Positions 35,524 through 46,662 of a stretch of DNA of 64,000 bases are shown here, in pieces. The DNA comes from Candidatus Omnitrophota bacterium (lineage in GTDB: Bacteria; Omnitrophota; Gorgyraeia; Duberdicusellales; Duberdicusellaceae): contig JAFGCB010000025.1 of NCBI GenBank assembly GCA_016932855.1, forward strand, positions 13,868-77,867, written 5' to 3'. The notes under the pieces were generated by a model. That model did no database searches. It had not been told where the DNA came from and saw only the letters and a program-made list of their open reading frames with translations. The position numbers were made by a program, and so were the translations under genes. Positions within the stretch are counted from its first letter, which is position 1; each line of letters opens with the position of its first letter.

Positions 35524-38304
35524 ATGCAATCCCAATACGAACCCAAGAAAACCGAGGAAAAGTGGTATAGTTTCTGGCAGGAGAAGAGTCTGTTCGACGC
35601 TAAGATAAACCCCAAGAAAAAACCTTACTGCATAGTTATACCTCCTCCTAACATCACCGGAATCTTGCATATGGGCCATGCTTTAAATAACACTATCCAG
35701 GACGTACTTATACGCTATAAGAGGATGAAAGGATACGAGTCTTTGTGGATGCCGGGAACAGACCATGCCGGAATCGCCACTCAAAATGTCGTGGAGAGGT
35801 CTTTAGCCCAGGAAGGCCTCAGGAAAGAGGATATCGGCAGAGATAAATTCTTAGAGCGTTTATGGGGCTGGACTGATGAATATGGCTCAACCATAATAAA
35901 TCAGCTTAAGAAATTAGGCACCAGCTGCGACTTTAAAAGAACCCGCTTTACTATGGACGAAGGTTATTCCGAGGCAGTAAAAGAAGTATTTGTCAGGCTT
36001 TACGAGAAAGGCCTTATTTACAAGGGTAATTATATAATAAATTGGTGCCCTAGATGCAAGACTGCCCTGGCTGATGAAGAGGCCCCTCATAAAGAGATCG
36101 ACGGTTGGCTTTATTATATTAAATATCCTGTAAAGGCACAAGGTCGCCCCGTAAAACCGCCTCGCGGCCAGGCGGCAAGCAAAGTCACAAAGTCACCGGT
36201 TCCGGATTATATCGTGGTTGCTACGACCAGGCCGGAGACAATGCTCGGGGATACAGCAGTCGCTATAAACCCTAAAGATAAAAGATATAAATTTTTAAAG
36301 AATTGCGAAGTCACTCTTCCGATAATCGAGAGAAATCTTAAGGTAGTTGAGGATAATATGGTTGAGGTTTCTTTCGGGACAGGTGTGGTTAAGGTTACCC
36401 CGGCTCACGATAAAAATGACTATCTTATGGCGAGGAAGCATGATCTTGAATTTGTGAATATAATGCGGGATGACGCCGTATTAAACGAAAATGCGGCTGA
36501 GTTTGCCGGAATGGACCGCTTCGAAGGACGCCAGGCACTTTTGGAGGTACTTCAAGCCAAGGGACTTTTAGATAAAAAGGAGCCTTATAAGTTGAGCGCC
36601 GGCCATTGCTACAGATGTCATACTATAATTGAGCCCAGGCTTTCAACTCAGTGGTTCGTCCGGATGAAGCCTTTGGCAAAGCCGGCAATAAAGGCAGTCA
36701 GGGATAATAAGGTAAGGTTTTATCCCCAACGCTGGAGAAAAGTTTATCTTAATTGGATGCAGAATATAGAAGATTGGTGTATATCCCGTCAGATATGGTG
36801 GGGGCATAGGCTGCCGGTTTATTACTGTAATAACTGCTTAGGGCAAACCGGCAGTAAATCCCAAATCCCAAAAGGTAATAAGAAAGGGGTTATCGTTTCC
36901 GGGATAAGGCCGGAGAAATGTCCGGAGTGCGGTTCGAAGAAGCTGGTTCAGGAAGAGGATGTTTTGGACACTTGGTTTTCTTCCTGGCTTTGGCCTTTTG
37001 CTACCTTCGGCTGGCCCTTCAATGAGTCACAAAGTCACCCCGTAAAACCGCCTCAGGGCCAGGCGGCAAGTAAAGTCACAAAGTCACAGGATATAAAAAG
37101 GCAGAGAGAAGAGTTTAATTACTTTTATCCTACGGATGTGCTGGTGACTGCGTCGGAGATTCTTTTTTTCTGGGTCGCCAGAATGATTATGGCCGGTCTT
37201 CAGTTTATAGGCAAGGTGCCTTTCAAGGATGTATTAATTCACGGGACCGTAAGGGACATACGGGGGGTAAAGATGTCCAAATCCCTGGGCAATGTAATTG
37301 ACCCTCTTGAAATAATAGATAAATTCGGGGCTGATGCTCTTCGTTTTTCTTTAATGCTTCTGGTTTCCTCCGGGCAGGATGCCTATTTGTCCGAAGAGAA
37401 GTTTCTGGTAGGAAGAAATTTCGCCAATAAACTCTGGAATGCTACACGCTATATTCTTTCCCGCGTACCGCGTACCGCGTGCCGCGTGCCGAGACTAAAT
37501 AGAAAAGATTTAAGTCTGGCTGATAAATGGATACTTAGTGAATTAAATATTCTTATAAAAGAGACAACTTCTAATTTCGAGAAATTCAGGATGGATGAGG
37601 TAGCCAAGTCTATTTACGATTTTTTCTGGCACAAGCTCTGCGATTGGTATATCGAAATAAGCAAGGTAGAAAAAGACAAGAATAAAGAAAATCTGCTTAT
37701 TTTTGTTCTGGATACGGTTCTGCGGCTTTTGCATCCGGTAATGCCGTTTATCACTGAGGAAGTTTGGCAGAAAATAAACTCCTCTAAAAAACAGGGAAGT
37801 CTAATGGTATCGGAGTGGCCGGCCGGGCTAAAAATAAAGGCGCTTAAGTCGGAAATAGACAGCTTTTTAGCGCTTAAGGAGCTTATTATTTCCCTAAGGT
37901 CTTTTAAGAAAGATTTGGGCCTTTACGAGCGCATAGAGATGATGGTAGGTTCAGGGGATAAGAGACGCTCGCGCGTCTTAAAGGACAATCTAGAGTGGGT
38001 GTCATTTCTTGCCCGGGCAAATATCGTTATAGGAAAAACTTCCTGTAAAGAATCTATTTCAACCGCAAATAAGGACTTTGATATTTCCCTGTCCCGTGAA
38101 TTTATAAAAGATGCGGATATTCACAAGAGGAAGATTGAGAAGAAAATAGAAGAGCTGTCAGGAGTAATCACCTCTCAGAAGAATAAGCTTTCTAATTCAT
38201 CATTCGTAAAAAAGGCACCCCAGGAAGTTGTAAGCGGGGTTAGAGAGAAAGTTAAGGTTTGTTTAGACGAAAGAGAAAGGCTTAAGAGGATACGATGGTC
38301 ATAA
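35524..38304 (+). CDS. valS: Valine--tRNA ligase (with repeat-derived insertions)
   Basis: PPPNITG.LHMGH, KMSKS, DWCISRQIWWGH, C-terminal coiled coil. Confidence 0.97.
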   Translation: MQSQYEPKKTEEKWYSFWQEKSLFDAKINPKKKPYCIVIPPPNITGILHMGHALNNTIQDVLIRYKRMKGYESLWMPGTDHAGIATQNVVERSLAQEGLRKEDIGRDKFLERLWGWTDEYGSTIINQLKKLGTSCDFKRTRFTMDEGYSEAVKEVFVRLYEKGLIYKGNYIINWCPRCKTALADEEAPHKEIDGWLYYIKYPVKAQGRPVKPPRGQAASKVTKSPVPDYIVVATTRPETMLGDTAVAINPKDKRYKFLKNCEVTLPIIERNLKVVEDNMVEVSFGTGVVKVTPAHDKNDYLMARKHDLEFVNIMRDDAVLNENAAEFAGMDRFEGRQALLEVLQAKGLLDKKEPYKLSAGHCYRCHTIIEPRLSTQWFVRMKPLAKPAIKAVRDNKVRFYPQRWRKVYLNWMQNIEDWCISRQIWWGHRLPVYYCNNCLGQTGSKSQIPKGNKKGVIVSGIRPEKCPECGSKKLVQEEDVLDTWFSSWLWPFATFGWPFNESQSHPVKPPQGQAASKVTKSQDIKRQREEFNYFYPTDVLVTASEILFFWVARMIMAGLQFIGKVPFKDVLIHGTVRDIRGVKMSKSLGNVIDPLEIIDKFGADALRFSLMLLVSSGQDAYLSEEKFLVGRNFANKLWNATRYILSRVPRTACRVPRLNRKDLSLADKWILSELNILIKETTSNFEKFRMDEVAKSIYDFFWHKLCDWYIEISKVEKDKNKENLLIFVLDTVLRLLHPVMPFITEEVWQKINSSKKQGSLMVSEWPAGLKIKALKSEIDSFLALKELIISLRSFKKDLGLYERIEMMVGSGDKRRSRVLKDNLEWVSFLARANIVIGKTSCKESISTANKDFDISLSREFIKDADIHKRKIEKKIEELSGVITSQKNKLSNSSFVKKAPQEVVSGVREKVKVCLDERERLKRIRWS
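36135..36196 (+). repeat. 62-bp hairpin mini-element inside valS, copy 1
   Basis: 56/62 identical to 37026-37087; ccgcct/aggcgg stem; gtcacaaa flanks. Confidence 0.85.
37026..37087 (+). repeat. 62-bp hairpin mini-element inside valS, copy 2
   Basis: 56/62 identical to 36135-36196. Confidence 0.85.
37461..37491 (+). repeat. Heptamer tandem repeat inside valS
   Basis: ccgcgta ccgcgta ccgcgtg ccgcgtg ccg, encoding RVPRTACRVP. Confidence 0.8.
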
Positions 38305-39167
38305 ATCGCGAAGTAAAGCAAATAATACAAAGGGCTATCGAGGAAGATTTGGGAAAAAGAGATATCACCACGTTTTACCTGGTAGATCCGGCAATTAAAA
38401 TAAAAGCGAAAATAATTGCCAAGGAAGATCTCGTTTTGTGCGGCTTAGACGTATGCCGTCAGACCTTTAAGCAGGTGGACAACGGCGTAAAATTCAGGAC
38501 CGTCAGGAAAGAAGGTTCGCTGGTGAAGAAGGGCCAAGTCCTGGCAGCTTTAGAAGGCAGAGCCTTTTCTATAATAAAGGCCGAAAGGGTGGCTTTGAAT
38601 TTTCTGATGCATTTAAGCGGCATTGCATCTAAGACAAGGAAGTTTGTGAATATAGCCGCAAAGTACAAGGTTAAGGTATTGGATACCAGGAAGACAATCC
38701 CCATGCTCCGCGTTCTTCAGAAGTCCGCGGTAAAAGCCGCAGGAGGTTTTAACCATCGTAAGGGTCTTTGGGACGAGGTTATAATCAAAGAGAACCATCT
38801 TAAAGCCTGCGGAATAAACATTCATGACAATCGATTCGAAGAAAGCTTAAGGAATATTATTAAGAATATTAAAAAAGCCACGGCAAAGAGGGTGGAGGTG
38901 GAAGTCGAAACATTTCAAGAATTTAAAGTTGCCTGCCGCTGCCGGCCGGACGTAATACTCCTTGATAATTTTACTCCCAAGAAAGCGCGAAAGGCAGTGC
39001 AGTTGAGAAACAAATATTTTCCCGGAATAAAGCTTGAGGCTTCGGGAGGTATTAATCTTGGCAATATAGAAAAATTCGCAAAGACAAGAGTAGATTATAT
39101 TTCCATAGGAAGCCTTACCCATTCGGTTCAAACCAAAGATATGTCGCTGGAAATAGCGCGGGCTTAA
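38295..39167 (+). CDS. nadC: Nicotinate-nucleotide pyrophosphorylase (quinolinate PRTase)
   Basis: EDLG..DIT, ERVALNF, DTRKT, HR.GL, LLDNF, EASGGI. Confidence 0.95.
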   Translation: MVINREVKQIIQRAIEEDLGKRDITTFYLVDPAIKIKAKIIAKEDLVLCGLDVCRQTFKQVDNGVKFRTVRKEGSLVKKGQVLAALEGRAFSIIKAERVALNFLMHLSGIASKTRKFVNIAAKYKVKVLDTRKTIPMLRVLQKSAVKAAGGFNHRKGLWDEVIIKENHLKACGINIHDNRFEESLRNIIKNIKKATAKRVEVEVETFQEFKVACRCRPDVILLDNFTPKKARKAVQLRNKYFPGIKLEASGGINLGNIEKFAKTRVDYISIGSLTHSVQTKDMSLEIARA

Positions 39168-39168
39168 C

Positions 39169-39239
39169 CGGTTTTCGGCTGTCGGCTAACGGTTTTCGTT
39201 TTATTGTTGCGGCAACCGGTAAGCCTTAAGTCGTTAACC
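39169..39239. repeat. Heptamer tandem arrays in inverted arrangement
   Basis: cggtttt cggctgt cggctaa cggtttt, then gcaaccg gtaagcc ttaagtc gttaacc. Confidence 0.6.
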
Positions 39240-39244
39240 CCAAT

Positions 39245-41230
39245 ATGGCAGATAAATTTAAATTAGTCACGAGCTTAAAGCCCAAAGGTGATCAGCCTCA
39301 AGCAATAAGCAAGCTAGCCGAAGGCGCAAGTTCCGGGGAGAAGTTTCAGACTCTTTTAGGCGTAACCGGTTCGGGAAAAACTTTCAGTTTAGCCTGTGTT
39401 ATTGAAAAGATAAACCGCCCCACCTTAGTTATTTCGCATAACAAGACCTTAGCCGCCCAGTTATATGCTGAATTTAAGGATTTTTTCCCGAAAAACGCTA
39501 TAGAATATTTTGTAAGCTACTACGATTACTATCAACCGGAAGCCTACATACCGGCTACTGATACCTATATCGAGAAAGACGCTTCCATTAATGAAAGAAT
39601 TGACCGCTTGCGTCTTTCCGCCTCGAGTTCCTTAATGGCAAGACGCGACGTACTGGTCGTAGCTTCGGTTTCCTGCATATATAACTTAGGCTCCCCGGAT
39701 GACTACAAGCAGCTTGTTTTATCTCTTCAACGAGGCCAGGTTCTTTATCGGGATTCTCTTTTGCGGCGTTTGGTGACTCTTCAGTATTCAAGAGCAGATT
39801 TCGAATTTAAAAGAGGCCTTTTCCGTTGTCGAGGCGATATCGTTGATATTTACCCCACCTATAAAGAAACAGCCTTTAGGCTTGAATTCTTTGATGATAC
39901 TCTTGAGGAGATTTCCGAAATAGACCCTATTACATCAAAGAAGATTTTAAGTCTTGATAAGTTGGCTCTTTATCCGGCAAAGCATTTCCTGGTCTCTCAG
40001 GACAGGATAGACCAGGCCCTAAAGACTATTGAGTGGGAGCTCGAGGACAGACTGGGATTTCTCAACAAGCAGAATAAGCTTCTTGAAGCAGAGCGTCTTA
40101 AAAGAAAAACCCGTTATGACATGGAGATGTTGAGAGAATGCGGTTGGTGCCATGGTATTGAGAATTATTCCCGCCATATTTCACAGAGACAGCCGGGCTC
40201 GCGGCCTTACTGTCTCTTGGATTATTTTCCCAGAGATTTCCTGATGATTATTGATGAGTCGCACGCAACCGTCCCTCAGATACGCGGTATGTATAACGGG
40301 GACAGGGCCCGCAAGGAAGTCTTGGTTGAGTTCGGGTTTCGGCTGCCTTCCTGTTTGGATAACCGGCCTTTACGATTCGATGAATTCAAGGGACTTATGA
40401 ATCAGGTTGTTTTTGTATCGGCTACGCCTTCGGAGTATGAAATAAAACTTTCCGGCGGCAAGGTGGTTGAACAGATAATAAGGCCGACCGGCCTTCTTGA
40501 TCCGCAGATAGAGATAAGAACAACCGCTAATCAGATTGACAATTTAATTAAAGAGATAACCCGGCGGGCGAAAAAAAGCCAAAGGACGCTGGTAACCACT
40601 TTGACTAAACGAATGGCTGAGGATTTAACTTTTTATTTAAAGGACGAAGGCATAAGAGTTACCTATCTGCATTCAGATATCGATACAATAGAAAGAGCCA
40701 AGATCCTCACAGATTTAAGAAAGAAAGAATTTGATTGTTTAGTGGGCATTAATCTTCTGCGAGAAGGTTTGGACTTGCCTGAAGTGTCCTTGGTGGCAAT
40801 ACTTGATGCCGATAAGGAGGGTTTTCTGCGGTCCCGTACGTCGCTTATTCAGGTCGTTGGCCGGGCCGCCCGAAACCTGGAAGGCAGGGTAATCATGTAT
40901 GCCGACAGGGTTACCGAGTCTATGCGCATAACCATAGATGAAAGCGCAAGGCGCAGAAAAATTCAAAATGAATACAATAAAAAGTATAAGATTACACCCA
41001 GAACAATAAATAAAGCTATCCGGCAAGGTATAGAAGCTTATTTTAAGGCCGAGGAAATCGTTCAGGATGTCCTGGGGGAAGGAAAGGAAGGCTTCGATTT
41101 ACGCAAACTTATCGACGAACTAAGAAAGCAGATGCTTATTGAGGCCAAAAATCTGCATTTTGAAAAAGCCGCCCAGCTTCGTGATAAGATTTCGCAGCTT
41201 GAGCAATATTTGAAAACTAAAATTAAATGA
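39245..41230 (+). CDS. uvrB: Excinuclease ABC subunit B
   Basis: GDQP, GVTGSGKT, YYDYYQPEAY, DESH, C-terminal UVR domain. Confidence 0.98.
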   Translation: MADKFKLVTSLKPKGDQPQAISKLAEGASSGEKFQTLLGVTGSGKTFSLACVIEKINRPTLVISHNKTLAAQLYAEFKDFFPKNAIEYFVSYYDYYQPEAYIPATDTYIEKDASINERIDRLRLSASSSLMARRDVLVVASVSCIYNLGSPDDYKQLVLSLQRGQVLYRDSLLRRLVTLQYSRADFEFKRGLFRCRGDIVDIYPTYKETAFRLEFFDDTLEEISEIDPITSKKILSLDKLALYPAKHFLVSQDRIDQALKTIEWELEDRLGFLNKQNKLLEAERLKRKTRYDMEMLRECGWCHGIENYSRHISQRQPGSRPYCLLDYFPRDFLMIIDESHATVPQIRGMYNGDRARKEVLVEFGFRLPSCLDNRPLRFDEFKGLMNQVVFVSATPSEYEIKLSGGKVVEQIIRPTGLLDPQIEIRTTANQIDNLIKEITRRAKKSQRTLVTTLTKRMAEDLTFYLKDEGIRVTYLHSDIDTIERAKILTDLRKKEFDCLVGINLLREGLDLPEVSLVAILDADKEGFLRSRTSLIQVVGRAARNLEGRVIMYADRVTESMRITIDESARRRKIQNEYNKKYKITPRTINKAIRQGIEAYFKAEEIVQDVLGEGKEGFDLRKLIDELRKQMLIEAKNLHFEKAAQLRDKISQLEQYLKTKIK

Positions 41231-41292
41231 TTTATAATTATCGTTTAAGGCCAATTAAGCGCGGGGCGGTGGCCTGAACTTTGAATTTAGCC

Positions 41293-42027
41293 ATGAAATG
41301 TTTATTAATTGATATCGGAAATACCAATGTTAGTCTTGGGTCGACAATAAAAGGCGAATTATTTCGAGCGGAACGAGTGCCGTCCAAGAATATCCTGAAA
41401 AGTTTAAAAGGGTTTATTAAGAAAGAGAAGCCCGGCGCAGCCGTTATCTGTTCGGTAGTGCCGCCTCTTTCCAAAAAAATAAGAAAGTTATTAAAACAAA
41501 AAAGAATAAAACTTTACGAGTGCGGCAGAGAAATTCAGATACCCGTAAAGAATCTTTATAAAATACCCAAAGAAGTCGGGCAGGACAGGCTTATTAATGT
41601 CTATGCCGTAAATCATCTTTACAAGAACGTAAGGCTGGTGATTGATTTAGGCACGGCTCTTACCTTTGATTTTATCTCCAAAGACGGAGAGTATTTAGGG
41701 GGCCTTATTTTTCCGGGATTAAGAGTTTCCTTGGCGGGTCTGCTTAAAGACTGCGCTCTTCTTCCCAAGAAGGTTATTTTGAAGCGTCGCCATACTTTAT
41801 ACGGCCGTTCAACTTCGGAATGCATTACCTCAGGTATGGTTTTAGGCTACAGTTTCTTAATCCGCGGCCTGGCTGAACATTTAAGAAAGAAGAAACGGTC
41901 CTTTAAGATCCTTATCACTGGTGGAGATTGCCGCCTGATTCGCAATGATATTGCCAGGTTTGATTATGTCCAGCCCAATCTTTCCTTAAAAGGCCTGGGT
42001 ATTTTGTGGAAAAACTTGGCAAAATAA
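41293..42027 (+). CDS. coaX: Type III pantothenate kinase
   Basis: IDIGNTN, VGQDR, IDLGTALTFD, GGLIFPG, TGGD. Confidence 0.93.
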   Translation: MKCLLIDIGNTNVSLGSTIKGELFRAERVPSKNILKSLKGFIKKEKPGAAVICSVVPPLSKKIRKLLKQKRIKLYECGREIQIPVKNLYKIPKEVGQDRLINVYAVNHLYKNVRLVIDLGTALTFDFISKDGEYLGGLIFPGLRVSLAGLLKDCALLPKKVILKRRHTLYGRSTSECITSGMVLGYSFLIRGLAEHLRKKKRSFKILITGGDCRLIRNDIARFDYVQPNLSLKGLGILWKNLAK

Positions 42028-42111
42028 GTATTTTAGCCGCGAAATAATGTAAAATCTGCATAATCCTGCCTAATAAGGCCATAATTATCCGAAATTAACC
42101 AAAATTTACAC

Positions 42112-42139
42112 TTGATTTTATATTTTTTTTGGGTAGAAT
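42112..42139 (+). promoter_or_regulatory. Sigma70-type promoter of groESL
   Basis: TTGATT-16-TAGAAT directly before CIRCE. Confidence 0.6.
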
Positions 42140-42141
42140 AG

Positions 42142-42168
42142 TTAGCACTCAAAGCTCAAGAGTGCTAA
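42142..42168. promoter_or_regulatory. CIRCE element (HrcA operator)
   Basis: Perfect TTAGCACTC-N9-GAGTGCTAA upstream of groES. Confidence 0.97.
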
Positions 42169-42266
42169 GATAAATTATTTGATTATCGGGTAAGAAGCAA
42201 CGATGAAGCGATTTACCTGTTCATTATAAACTTGTTTAAATTAAACTTTTATCTAGGAGGTGAAAG

Positions 42267-42554
42267 ATGAATATCCAACCATTAGGAGACCGAGTTTTGG
42301 TCAAGCCGTTAGAGGCGGAGGAGAGAACAAAGGGAGGTATTGTAATACCTGATACAGCCAAGGAGAAGCCCCAGGAGGCAAAAGTAGTCGCGGTGGGCAA
42401 GGGTCGCCGGGACGGCGACAAGGTATTGCCGTTAGAAGTTAAAGTCGGTGATAAAGTTTTATACGGAAAGTATTCGGGGACCGAAATCAGAGATAAAGAG
42501 GGCGAAGATTATCTAATCTTACGCGAAGAAGATATTTTAGCCATCGTAAAATAA
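42267..42554 (+). CDS. groES: Co-chaperonin GroES
   Basis: [30 protein letters not shown]. Confidence 0.98.
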   Translation: MNIQPLGDRVLVKPLEAEERTKGGIVIPDTAKEKPQEAKVVAVGKGRRDGDKVLPLEVKVGDKVLYGKYSGTEIRDKEGEDYLILREEDILAIVK

Positions 42555-42609
42555 CAAGGATACGGAATCCCGTGTTTCCGTAAGCACGGAGCTTACGTCA
42601 ATTCCGTGA

Positions 42610-44274
<1,665 letters not shown>

Positions 44275-44290
44275 GAAAGTATATAACTTT

Positions 44291-44326
44291 AAAAAAGCCC
44301 TCTAGATTTGTCTAGAGGGCTTTTTT
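44291..44326 (+). terminator. Rho-independent terminator (bidirectional-type)
   Basis: aaaaaagccctctaga-tttg-tctagagggctttttt. Confidence 0.9.
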
Positions 44327-44442
44327 ATTACCGCGGCTTTTCCGCCTTTTTTCATTGAAAAAATCTATATTTATGCTAAAGTAAGTTTTAATTTAATGTA
44401 ACTTCCTAAGTCAAAAGACCGTTTCTAATTAACCCGTCAGAC

Positions 44443-45300
44443 ATGAATGCAGGGCAAAGCCTTATAACAAATCTTTTAACCTTAGTCTTGGTAGTCGTAG
44501 TAATTTTCTTTGTTGTCGGTGTCAATCTTTCTTTTGAAGGTAAGCCCTGGTTTTTAAAAGACACTCAAGCTGTCGTAATGCAGGATATTTTGGCGGAAGA
44601 GGATAAGTCTGTGGTTGAGAACGAGCCCGAAGAAACTCTGCCTTTTTACCCCGGCGAGAGGCTTACCTACGGGGTAAAGCTTAAAGAGATGCGCATAGGA
44701 AGTGCCGTGCTTACTTTTTTGGGAGAGACAGATCTTGACGGCCGTCCGGCATATTTTATTACTTTCGATACTTTCACTCCTTATTTTAGAGATTCAGAAA
44801 AAATTTATGCTTCCAAAGAAAATTTTCTGCCTTTGAGAGTATCGCGTGAGATTAAACGCAAGGTGGGCTTTAGCACCGAGATTGATGAAGAATATGACCA
44901 AAAAGAGTATAAAGTCAAAATAAGAAAAAAAGGTATACTGGGGACAAAAACCTTTACTATTGATAAATCGTCAGAGATTCATAACGCAATTACAGTAAGC
45001 TATTATTACCGGACCGGCCAAGGTTTTAAAGAAAACCAGAAGTTTTCAATAAATCTGCCGACTAAAGAACTTGAATTGGTGTTTAAGGGAAAGGAAAAAG
45101 TTTCAACTCATTTCGGTCAATGCCGCGCCTACATATTTGAAGGAAACCCTTCGTCGTTTAAGCTCTGGCTTAAAGATGATAAAAATAGAACTCCCTTAAG
45201 AATAGAAGATTCCAATGTTTTCGGATATTCTTTGGTGCTGGAGTCAGTGGAGCAGTTGGAGATTGACGATGTAGGGTCGGGGATTGAGGAAGACCGATAA
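44443..45300 (+). CDS. DUF3108 domain exported protein
   Basis: N-terminal TM; PFYPGERLTY, G.F.C, LWLKDD..RTPLRI pattern. Confidence 0.75.
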   Translation: MNAGQSLITNLLTLVLVVVVIFFVVGVNLSFEGKPWFLKDTQAVVMQDILAEEDKSVVENEPEETLPFYPGERLTYGVKLKEMRIGSAVLTFLGETDLDGRPAYFITFDTFTPYFRDSEKIYASKENFLPLRVSREIKRKVGFSTEIDEEYDQKEYKVKIRKKGILGTKTFTIDKSSEIHNAITVSYYYRTGQGFKENQKFSINLPTKELELVFKGKEKVSTHFGQCRAYIFEGNPSSFKLWLKDDKNRTPLRIEDSNVFGYSLVLESVEQLEIDDVGSGIEEDR

Positions 45301-45397
45301 TACAAGGCAGTGTATTTAAGGTTTTTAGCCCCGAATTAGCCGGGGCGAAAGATTAATTCTCCCCGCTGTCGCGGGGGTTATTGAGGAGGTTTTAAAG

Positions 45398-46558
45398 ATG
45401 GCGGAGTGGATAGGTAAAGGCAGACGCGCGCGACGTTGTTATGGATTTGACGAGATAGCTTTAGTTCCCGGGAAAATAACCATAAACCCTGAGGAGGTTG
45501 AGACTTCCTGGCAGTTCGCCGGCAAAAAGTTTGCAGTGCCAATAATCGCAGCGGCAATGGACGGCGTGGTAGATGTCGAGTTTGCAGCGGAAATGTCGCG
45601 GTTAGGGGGGATGGCTATTCTAAATCTGGACGGAGTCCAAACCCGATATGATAATCCCGAGGAAGTGTTAGGGCAAATTATTAAAGCCTCGCCTGAGGAG
45701 GCTACTAACTTGATTCAAAAAATATATACTGCCCCGATAAAAGAGAAGTTGATCTCTAAAAGGATTTCCCAAATTAAAGAAAAAAACGGATTTACCTGTG
45801 TCAGCTGCATTCCCCAGAATGCCCAGAGGTTTGGAGAAATCAGCCAGGAGGCCGGGGTGGATGTTTTTGTTGTTCAATCCACGGTAACCACCAAGACGCA
45901 TATCGCAAAACAATATAAGCCCTTAGACCTTTCAAAATTATGCAGAGAAATGAAAGCCCCGGTAATAATCGGTAATTGCGTAACCTTCGAGGTCACTTTA
46001 GAATTATTGGAGACGGGCTGTGCCGGTGTTTTAATCGGTGTAGGGCCGGGCGCGTCATGTACTACCAGGGGTGTGTTGGGTGTTGGAGTTCCTCAGGTTA
46101 CCGCTACGATTGATTGTTCGGCGGCAAGGGATATTTTTTATAGAAAGACAGGCAAGTACATACCCATTATCACTGACGGCGGCATGCGTACCGGGGGAGA
46201 TGTTTGTAAAGCTTTTGCCTGCGGAGCAGACGCGGTCATGATCGGTTCCAGCCTTGCCAGAGCCAAAGAAGCTCCAGCCAGCGGCTTTCACTGGGGCATG
46301 GCTACTTCGCATTCTAATTTGCCTCGGGGAACAAGAATAAACGTAGGGATTTCCGGTACCCTGGAGCAGATACTTTTTGGTCCAGCCCAGGTCGACGACG
46401 GCTCCCAGAACTTAATGGGAGCTTTAGCCACTTCTATGGGGTGTTTGGGCGTGCGAACGATAAAAGAAATGCATTTTGCCGAAATAATACTTGCTCCTTC
46501 GATACAAACAGAGGGAAAGATATTTCAAGTTGTTCAAAGAGTGGGAATGGGCAAATAA
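45398..46558 (+). CDS. guaB3: GuaB3-family IMP dehydrogenase-related protein
   Basis: YGFDEIALVP, AAMDGVVD, GVGPGASCTTR catalytic loop, WGMAT; no CBS domains. Confidence 0.88.
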   Translation: MAEWIGKGRRARRCYGFDEIALVPGKITINPEEVETSWQFAGKKFAVPIIAAAMDGVVDVEFAAEMSRLGGMAILNLDGVQTRYDNPEEVLGQIIKASPEEATNLIQKIYTAPIKEKLISKRISQIKEKNGFTCVSCIPQNAQRFGEISQEAGVDVFVVQSTVTTKTHIAKQYKPLDLSKLCREMKAPVIIGNCVTFEVTLELLETGCAGVLIGVGPGASCTTRGVLGVGVPQVTATIDCSAARDIFYRKTGKYIPIITDGGMRTGGDVCKAFACGADAVMIGSSLARAKEAPASGFHWGMATSHSNLPRGTRINVGISGTLEQILFGPAQVDDGSQNLMGALATSMGCLGVRTIKEMHFAEIILAPSIQTEGKIFQVVQRVGMGK

Positions 46559-46629
46559 AATCACGGAATTTCTAAACTGCCCTGATCGAAAAAAAAGACA
46601 CTTATTCACGTCACCCCCTGAATTATCGC

Positions 46630-46658
46630 ATATAACAATATAACAATATAACAATATA
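46630..46658. repeat. Octamer tandem repeat (ATATAACA x3.5)
   Basis: atataaca atataaca atataaca atata immediately before the dnaE start. Confidence 0.75.
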
Positions 46659-46662
46659 TTCG

